Part shown: piece by piece, positions 57,167 through 64,000 of the stretch | Layout of the letters: the number at the start of each line of letters is the position of its first letter | Position numbering within the stretch: position 1 is the stretch's first letter | Assembly: GCA_963701855.1 (NCBI GenBank) | Contig: CAVPBK010000011.1 | Span: forward strand, 32,001-96,000 | Length of the DNA: 64,000 nt | Source: Nitrospirota bacterium | GTDB lineage: Bacteria > Nitrospirota > Nitrospiria > Nitrospirales > Nitrospiraceae | Direction: 5' to 3' | The notes under the pieces: generated by a model | Database searches by the model: none | What the model was told of the DNA's origin: nothing | The model's input: only the letters and a program-made list of their open reading frames with translations | Translations under genes and position numbers: made by a program

Positions 57167-58858
57167 CTATGAGCGCAGTGAAACTGGTTGCTCCATGTGG
57201 AGCAACAGCGACTCGCACTCCTGCGCGTCGTGTTCGCCTTTCCCTCTTCCTATGTTCCCCTGGCCGCTCTCCTCGCTCGCGCCTTGTTCGCCCGTGAGCT
57301 GCTCGATCACAGAATGGGCACGCGTCCGAAACGTCTGGTACGCGTGCATGTGCTGCCTCGCCAAATCCTTGACTGTGGTCACCTGCCTATTCTGTAGGTC
57401 GCGATTTAAGGCCACGGTAAGGGGCCCGAAGGCTGACGACGGCGTGCTCACACTCACTAGGCGGCGATGCAATTCCGCCAAGGTGTCCGTCGCCGGCCGG
57501 AGGGCCGACAGTGACACCTCCTGTTGAGTCAGGTGGACAAGATGCGCTGCCTGGGCTACCAGCTGGTCGACAATCGGACTTAGGGCTCGGAAGCAGTCCT
57601 GCTGATCGGACAGGTCCGGCGGCCCCTCTGTCTGAGCGACGTAACTTCGTCGTCCGCCCAACGTTTCATACCAGAAGCGCCGCCAGAACGTTCGATACCA
57701 GAGGGAACTCTCATCGTGTCGGCCGGCCCGTTGACGATAGTCGTTCAGTCCGTCGGCATCGAGCTCCGATTCATAGACCTGGACACCTGCCCAAGACGAT
57801 GGAAACGGAGCGTGGCCGAGCACATGCAACGCTAGCTCCGCTACCTGTTCGGGGACGATCTGATCCTGACTAGCCGTTTGCGAGTGAAGAGGATCTGGTT
57901 GGATGACCCAATGCCCTGGCCCATAGGGCCCTGTCTCCCAAAATGAAATGGGGCCCAGCGACAGGTTGAGCACTCGGACTCCAACGGCTGCCGCCATGTG
58001 CATGGTGCCTGTATCATTCGTGAGAAGGAGGTGGCAATGCCGGAGCAGCGCGGCCAATTGGGCGAGATCCGTCCGTCCTGTCCTGTCATCGATCGTTCCA
58101 GTTCCTCCGGCTGCCCGGTACGTCAGGGCTGCCTGCTTGGTCATACCCGCCTCGTTCTCTGTTCCAGACAACACAAATTGGACTGGTATGCGTCGGCTGA
58201 TCGCAGCCATCGTGCGTCCGAATGACTCTGGTCTCCACGCTTTCACCGCCTGGCTTGCCCCCACTTGCACAGCGACCCGGAGCAGTCCACTCTCGTTCTT
58301 TGGGAATTCGACACGAGCCCAGTTCTCGGCGGAGGGAGGGATCGACAGATGAAGCGGTGTGGATGGACCGTGGCTGCTGCCGCCCAAGGCAAATAAATCC
58401 ACAAGATTGAACCGATTGACTCGCCTGTACTGCAAAATATCCGCAACATAGGTGAACCAGGGATTCCGTACCACCGACGTGCCTGCTGGGGTCATTACGA
58501 CGCCTCTGGTATCCGCAACGCCAAGCGCGGCGGCGAGCCACCCACTTCTCCTTGTGAAGGTCAGGTTGATGACGCAGTCATATTGGACGGCTCTGAAGGG
58601 TTCTGCCCAGCACGTCACCGTGTGCTTCAGCGCGCGGTGATCATTGCCATCTGGAACGTGTCCCAGCTGAGTGTGCATGTCATCAGAGAAAATCTGGCGT
58701 ATCCCAGGCAATAGTGCGGCCATGGGGGCACAGGGTCGATTCACCACCAGGTCGATGGCGCAGTCCGGACATTCTTCTCGTAATCGGTCCAGCAACGGCA
58801 CTGTCTGGACCAGATCCCCGATCCGGTTCATATTGAGAATGAGGATTTGTGTAGTCAC
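57167..58858 (-). CDS. Glycosyltransferase family 9 protein with C-terminal helical extension
   Basis: RIGDLVQTVP, QVGAS..KAW, TGRTDLAQLAALL, LTNDTGTMHMAAA. Confidence 0.88.
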   Translation of the reverse strand: MTTQILILNMNRIGDLVQTVPLLDRLREECPDCAIDLVVNRPCAPMAALLPGIRQIFSDDMHTQLGHVPDGNDHRALKHTVTCWAEPFRAVQYDCVINLTFTRRSGWLAAALGVADTRGVVMTPAGTSVVRNPWFTYVADILQYRRVNRFNLVDLFALGGSSHGPSTPLHLSIPPSAENWARVEFPKNESGLLRVAVQVGASQAVKAWRPESFGRTMAAISRRIPVQFVLSGTENEAGMTKQAALTYRAAGGTGTIDDRTGRTDLAQLAALLRHCHLLLTNDTGTMHMAAAVGVRVLNLSLGPISFWETGPYGPGHWVIQPDPLHSQTASQDQIVPEQVAELALHVLGHAPFPSSWAGVQVYESELDADGLNDYRQRAGRHDESSLWYRTFWRRFWYETLGGRRSYVAQTEGPPDLSDQQDCFRALSPIVDQLVAQAAHLVHLTQQEVSLSALRPATDTLAELHRRLVSVSTPSSAFGPLTVALNRDLQNRQVTTVKDLARQHMHAYQTFRTRAHSVIEQLTGEQGASEESGQGNIGRGKGEHDAQECESLLLHMEQPVSLRS

Positions 58859-59053
58859 TGCGGTAGTGACCTCCTCTCGTCTGTTGAGTTTCTATCACGA
58901 GTACTTGACGGATAAGATCTGCGTATCAAGTATCTCCTCAGATCACCAACTATTAGGTGCGCACTCCTGCTTCCAGCGTTCTCCAATACGACCGATGTCT
59001 GTCACATCTTGCGCGACATCGCTCATGCACGAGACGGCTTACGTCGCCACTCC

Positions 59054-60289
59054 TTAGGACCGATTGACCCCCGTGGTTGTGAAACTTCCGGCATTACTCG
59101 TGACCTTCTCCATCAACGACAGAAATTGAGGGGTCGTGCGGTCAAGGCTGTGTTCACGCTCGATCAGCGCACGTCCCGCTTGACCCAGCTTGCGATACTG
59201 CATGGGGTCGCGCAAGACTCGGATCGCATGATCGGCTAGACCGTCCACGTCGAAAAAATCTCCAAGCAAGCCGGTGTGCCCGTGCTCGATGACTTCCCGG
59301 ACTGGCGCCACATCCGAAGCTAACACGGTACATTCACAGGCCAGCGCATTGAGCAACGACCATGAGAGGACGAAGGGCACCGTGAGATAAATGTGCAGAT
59401 CGCTCAACGACAGAAGGTCGGCGAGCTGTGCTTTCTGGAGCATACCCAGAAAGCGAAAGCGCGTCAGATCAGGCTGTTCGGTTTGAATGACGTGCTCGCG
59501 GAATGTCTTCGTCTTGATATGGTTCAGATCGTTGCCGTAGCAGACCCGATCGGATCCCACGACGACGAACAGCACATTGCGCATCTCCTGCGCAATCCGG
59601 TTGGCGACGCGCACAAAAATATCGAACCCGCGCATCGCTTCAAGCCCGCGGGCGACGTAGGTCACGATGCGCACATCGTCGTCGATCACTTCGTCTCCGA
59701 TGCGCCGAGGGACCGCTCTCCGCTTCCACTGCTCCGTATCAATGCCGTCATGCAGCACCTCAAGTTTGGGCTGCCACTCTTTAGGAAACAGGCTCTTTTG
59801 CCAGGCCGAAGAGGCATACCCCGCGATACAGCTTTGTAGGTCGAGGAGAATCATGGCGTTCCGCGCATAGGCACGGAGCCTGGAGATTTCTGAAGGGGGA
59901 AAGTCAGGACGGAAATCGAGATCGGACTGGTGGGCGTGATAGTAATATTCGAAGAGATTCACGATCGGGCAGCGATACAACTCCTGCAAGAATACCGTCG
60001 TTCCAAACCCGCTGTGCCCAATGATCACGTTTGGATTGAGCTGCGCCGATTCACACGCCTCGTAGATTGCGTGAGAAGACCAGACGGCATTCTCAAACGT
60101 GCGCGAGCAATAATGTGTCGACTCCGTAGCACCGCCGCGTAATGCAAAGGGAATACATATCACGCCATCACGCATGTCGCTCGCATTGTTCGAGAGGAAG
60201 ATACAGTCCAGATCCGGCTGTTTGGAGAGCCGAGATAGTAATGGGCCAAATTGGCCAGGAAAGTTTGGATGGACAAACGGGAGTTGCAT
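59054..60289 (-). CDS. Glycosyltransferase family 4 protein (FVHxNFPGQF type)
   Basis: FVHPNFPGQF, GHSGFG, HDGIDT, RGLEAMRGF, YLTVPFVLSWSLLNALAC. Confidence 0.9.
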   Translation of the reverse strand: MQLPFVHPNFPGQFGPLLSRLSKQPDLDCIFLSNNASDMRDGVICIPFALRGGATESTHYCSRTFENAVWSSHAIYEACESAQLNPNVIIGHSGFGTTVFLQELYRCPIVNLFEYYYHAHQSDLDFRPDFPPSEISRLRAYARNAMILLDLQSCIAGYASSAWQKSLFPKEWQPKLEVLHDGIDTEQWKRRAVPRRIGDEVIDDDVRIVTYVARGLEAMRGFDIFVRVANRIAQEMRNVLFVVVGSDRVCYGNDLNHIKTKTFREHVIQTEQPDLTRFRFLGMLQKAQLADLLSLSDLHIYLTVPFVLSWSLLNALACECTVLASDVAPVREVIEHGHTGLLGDFFDVDGLADHAIRVLRDPMQYRKLGQAGRALIEREHSLDRTTPQFLSLMEKVTSNAGSFTTTGVNRS

Positions 60290-60382
60290 GCCGATTATTC
60301 GTCCGCTCTCTGCAAGTTGGCTTCCGGGCACCCTCTAGATTCGCCGTCGTTCATCCTCCTGACACAATGACGGGCGTGCGCC

Positions 60383-60703
60383 CTATTTCGACTGGGGCTG
60401 ACTGGCCTCACGCACACCGACTAATACTTGCTGAATCTGCTGATGCAATCGCGCCAGCACATCCACGCCCATCGCCACGCGGGTGACGAGCGTACCGTCC
60501 AATCCTTTGGGCGCGGCTTGGCCATCCTTCGCCGTCTTGGCGATGGCGGCAAGCAGCGTAGGCTCGATGAAGCCAAAATCCACATAGGCGATCCCCTGCG
60601 CCACGCCGACGTTTGTATAGTTCGTTGCGCGCGGATGCGCGGAGGACTCGCTAGGTTTCAATCGAACATTCAACGCGATGGTCTTATCTTTGGTTTCACT
60701 CAT
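60383..60703 (-). CDS. Small conserved protein, DUF3467-like
   Basis: AAGGAG RBS; ATNYTNV...YVDFGF...VTRVAM pattern. Confidence 0.6.
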   Translation of the reverse strand: MSETKDKTIALNVRLKPSESSAHPRATNYTNVGVAQGIAYVDFGFIEPTLLAAIAKTAKDGQAAPKGLDGTLVTRVAMGVDVLARLHQQIQQVLVGVREASQPQSK

Positions 60704-61023
60704 GCGAGTTGGCTCCTTGTGTGGGTGACGAGGGGGCGGGAGCGCTGTCGATGCGATGGCGGGTGATCAGGAAATACATGTATTTACTCTGTCTTCCTAA
60801 GTTAAAGGCAGGCGAATGTAACGAGGCATATGACCCTTGTCAAGAATTATTTCATGAGGTTCTTTCCGCTCACAGTGATAGCGATTTCGATGAACTGGAA
60901 AGAGTGGAAGGATGAAGAGAGTACCTGTATTTCACACCCATGCTAAAACCTTGTTGGCAATCGTCCTGTAGTGTCGTAAGATTTGTCCACCAACAGATAT
61001 CGCCTATTGGTCACATCTCCCCT

Positions 61024-61320
61024 ATGATGCCATCTGACCCAACAATGCTTGAGCGCTTTGCGCGAAAATACGTCTGGTGGACGACCGCGGATGTCGCGGT
61101 TACCATGCCGGAGCGCGTTGTGGCCCACGTCATGAACATTGGTGATTACGACGATGTGCAGACTCTGGCGACAGTCATGGGAGATGACTATCTCCGCGCG
61201 GTGTTGCAGCACGCGGAAATCGGTCAATTCACGCCCCGGTCATGGGCCTACTGGCATTACCGGCTTGGTTTGGCGGCGTCAAGCCATCTGCCTGCTATGC
61301 CCACACGGACATTCGCATGA
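61024..61320 (+). CDS. Putative antitoxin partner of the AbiEii-type nucleotidyltransferase
   Basis: ARKYVWW...RVVAHVMNIG.YDD...RSWAYW; ATGA overlap with next gene. Confidence 0.7.
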   Translation: MMPSDPTMLERFARKYVWWTTADVAVTMPERVVAHVMNIGDYDDVQTLATVMGDDYLRAVLQHAEIGQFTPRSWAYWHYRLGLAASSHLPAMPTRTFA

Positions 61321-62006
61321 TCGGCATCTTCACGCCTTGCCTGGAGATCTTGCCGAATGCGCAACGAGCGTTGTGGCCGGCGCTCCGTTCAGCATCGCGA
61401 CTGGGACTTGTGTTATACGGCGGGACCGCGATTGCCTTGAGGCTCGGCCATCGTTCGTCCGTCGATTATGACTTTTTCACAGACCAGCCGTTGAATAGGC
61501 AGGCGCTATATACGGCCTTTCCCTTTCTACATCAGGCCACGCTCCTCCAAGACACGCCAGATGCCCTGACGGCCCTCGTGCCCCCGAGTGCACCGACCGA
61601 TCAACACGTAAAGATTTCCTTCTTTGGGGCGCTGTCGTTTGGTCGAGTGGGTGTGCCGCAGTTGACCGATGATAGGATTGTACAAGTTGCTGCGTTCGAT
61701 GATCTGATGGCCACCAAAGTCAAGGTGATCTTGCAGCGGATCGAGGCCAAAGACTACCAAGATATCGCCGCGATGATCAGGTTCGGTATCAGCCTTTCAG
61801 AAGGACTTGCCGGTGCCCGAGCTTTGTACGGGCCTTCATTTCAACCAAGTGAAAGCCTGAAGGCCCTTGTGTATTTTGAAGGGGGCGACCTTCACCGGCT
61901 CACACAAGAAGAGCGGACACTTCTCATTGAGGCCGCCAGTTCTGTGCGTGCGCTGCCATCGGTCGGCATCCGAGGACATGCGCTGGCTCTCTCCGATGCC
62001 CTGTAA
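61317..62006 (+). CDS. AbiEii/AbiGii-family nucleotidyltransferase toxin
   Basis: LYGGTAIALRLGHRSSVDYDFF, ATKV..I.QR.EAKDYQDI, KALVYF. Confidence 0.88.
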   Translation: MIGIFTPCLEILPNAQRALWPALRSASRLGLVLYGGTAIALRLGHRSSVDYDFFTDQPLNRQALYTAFPFLHQATLLQDTPDALTALVPPSAPTDQHVKISFFGALSFGRVGVPQLTDDRIVQVAAFDDLMATKVKVILQRIEAKDYQDIAAMIRFGISLSEGLAGARALYGPSFQPSESLKALVYFEGGDLHRLTQEERTLLIEAASSVRALPSVGIRGHALALSDAL

Positions 62007-62096
62007 GACTCCCGTGCTTTTTCCTTATCATCTGCGATTACAGCGGAACGGCAATTGCTGAACAACTCGATCGAGAATTTCCATGAGTGAACGTGC

Positions 62097-62924
62097 ATGA
62101 TGCTTTTAAAGGAATGGTGGCGGTGGTTTAGGCGGCAAAGCCGGCTCAACAAATTTATCATCGTTGGTTTTTCTGCCTCGTTGGTGCTGTTTCTCATTCC
62201 ATTGGTTGTGTCCTGGTTCAAGCCGACCCCTATCCATGTCGGTGTCGCCTTCTACACATACGAGCGTGCCTTTGTTCTGGAGGGGAACAACAAGGTCTAT
62301 TTTTATGAAAATCGTAACCTGGTATCCGATTGCAGTCTCCGGCGAATCGAGCAGACAGTGCCGAAAGGCCGGGCCAAGACCCCTGATCCGCAGTCCTGGG
62401 TCTTGATCAAGTTTCTCGTTGAAAATGTGACGGATCATTCCCTCACGAACCTCCGCATGGCCATCAGGTCTCCTCTCCTGCGTCCCACCACAACACTGTT
62501 CACGACATCGAATCTGGAAGCGACTGGGGAATGGGACAGTACGGCGAAGGATGCCCCACGCTCGTATGTCATTTCTATACCAGCCATCGAATCAATGACC
62601 TCAGCGGTCATCAGTCTGAAGACTCCAATCGACGAGACATTGCGTCAATTTATTTATACGGATCGAGGTCGAATGACGATCCAGGTGCCCTATTGGTCAG
62701 CGGACCAGATCGGAACCTATCCACTCAAAGTCTCTCGCCTCAATGCTATGAAGATTTTGAACCGGGAGAGTGTGTTACGAGCCGGCGACGAAACGTTCGC
62801 GAATGAAAAGATTGAATTTACGATGCTTCGCCCCGACGAGCCCGATCTGAAAGATGAAACCGTGTCCTATCAACTGCTCTCAAAGGCACACGACTGCCCG
62901 GAAGGAACAGCGGGCGACTGGTAG
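62097..62924 (+). CDS. Hypothetical membrane-anchored protein
   Basis: 275-aa ORF with one N-terminal TM segment. Confidence 0.6.
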   Translation: MMLLKEWWRWFRRQSRLNKFIIVGFSASLVLFLIPLVVSWFKPTPIHVGVAFYTYERAFVLEGNNKVYFYENRNLVSDCSLRRIEQTVPKGRAKTPDPQSWVLIKFLVENVTDHSLTNLRMAIRSPLLRPTTTLFTTSNLEATGEWDSTAKDAPRSYVISIPAIESMTSAVISLKTPIDETLRQFIYTDRGRMTIQVPYWSADQIGTYPLKVSRLNAMKILNRESVLRAGDETFANEKIEFTMLRPDEPDLKDETVSYQLLSKAHDCPEGTAGDW

Positions 62925-63015
62925 GTGTCGGCTAAACATACAAGAGGAAGCGCAGGTGTTAATTGGGAAAGCACTCGCGAAAGCACGCAACTAAGCTGGA
63001 GAGGGAGGATGTTCT

Positions 63016-64000
63016 CTACCCGGAATTGTCCCCTCTTGATGAAACTCGCCGCTCGCCAATTCCGAGTTGAAGCGCCTCCACATCCAATTCGTGCTCGATA
63101 CGATGCAGCACGTCATCACTAATGGCGCCGTCGTTTCGCAGACCGATTACCGCAAGGCGTTCTGCCGTCAACGTCTCATGCCGCAAACGCCGGAATATCT
63201 CGATGGCTTCTGCCGTACACTCAGGAGCAGTTCCATCCTTGGCGTAGCGCTGTGCGCGGTCGCCATAGTGAGCACGCATCTGATCGAGGTGTTCAGGAAT
63301 AGGCCATCCTTCGTTCGCGACTTCATCCAGGCGCACAAGAGCAGCCGTCGCCGCATGTTCGCGCGCCTGCATCTCCTCACGTTCCAGAGCCCTGTCTTCC
63401 TGTAAATTCAGGGCGCGGATCAGAGGTGCGAGTGACAAGCCCTGTAAAACCAACGTGGCGAAAATCACAGAGAAGGTGATCAGGATGATCTCCGCACGAA
63501 AGGGAAACGGCGCTCCGGCGGCAGTTGTCAGCGGGAGCGCTAGTGCCGCCGCGAGAGACACGATTCCGCGCATGCCGGTCCAGCCGATAATAAACAGACT
63601 CGACCAAGCCGGCATCGGATCGCGTGCCCGCAGCGAGGGGCTGACCAGTCTCGGAATCCACGCGGCCAGTGGCACCCATATCATGCGCACCACGATCGCG
63701 GTGACGCTCACGAGTGCCCCGGTGAGCATAAGCGGGACAAACATTTCAGAGGGGATGGCGTCACGGAGCGCGCCGAGCTGCAGGCCGATGAGAATAAAAA
63801 TGACGCCGTTGAGCACGAACACAAGGAAGTCCCACACGGCCCTCGCTTGAATCCTGGTCGTAGGCGCAACGGCCTCACTGAAATGTTGGCGAAGATAGAG
63901 ACCTCCGGCCACGCAGGCCAGTACGCCGGACGCGTGAGCCTGTTCGGCCAAGACCCAGGCGATATACGGGGATAAGAGCGTGATTGCAATCTCGCTGAAA
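63016..64000 (-). CDS. CPA1-family Na+/H+ antiporter, 3' part
   Basis: HASGVLACVAGG, VWDFLVFVLNGVIFILIGLQL, GWTGMRGIVSLAAALALP, TLVLQGLSL. Confidence 0.92.
   Translation of the reverse strand, partial: FSEIAITLLSPYIAWVLAEQAHASGVLACVAGGLYLRQHFSEAVAPTTRIQARAVWDFLVFVLNGVIFILIGLQLGALRDAIPSEMFVPLMLTGALVSVTAIVVRMIWVPLAAWIPRLVSPSLRARDPMPAWSSLFIIGWTGMRGIVSLAAALALPLTTAAGAPFPFRAEIILITFSVIFATLVLQGLSLAPLIRALNLQEDRALEREEMQAREHAATAALVRLDEVANEGWPIPEHLDQMRAHYGDRAQRYAKDGTAPECTAEAIEIFRRLRHETLTAERLAVIGLRNDGAISDDVLHRIEHELDVEALQLGIGERRVSSRGDNSG

Overview
Bacterial chromosomal window, probably Nitrospira-like (inferred from gene content and intergenic repeat style). Bases 1-16 kb are mostly housekeeping: two tandem OmpA-type genes with a coiled-coil/HhH partner, purH-purD-tsaC, aminotransferase-coaD-rsmD, an unannotated 57-aa zinc-ribbon gene, radC, a degenerate EF-G paralog, a Do/DegP protease and a TrkA-C protein. 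A 28-bp XerCD dif-like site at 16053-16080 marks the start of a ~47-kb accessory region. It holds a free-standing LAGLIDADG endonuclease, a complete type I secretion system (HlyB/HlyD/TolC-like), a PemK/MazF toxin-antitoxin pair and a tandem array of RTX genes. Five RTX genes end in the same ~100-aa C-terminal module: four are surface/adhesin-like with shuffled repeat modules, and one is a ~3000-aa lipase-RTX preceded by candidate immunity genes. A sixth RTX gene is cut to a stub by an IS30 remnant. The adhesin-like RTX genes share a conserved upstream element (sigma-28-like promoter plus a covarying leader hairpin). Further right are an inverted-repeat-flanked RAYT/Y1 transposase with a 204-bp tandem duplication, GT9 and GT4 glycosyltransferases, an AbiEii-type TA pair and a partial Na+/H+ antiporter. 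Many RTX frameshifts may be assembly or consensus errors.
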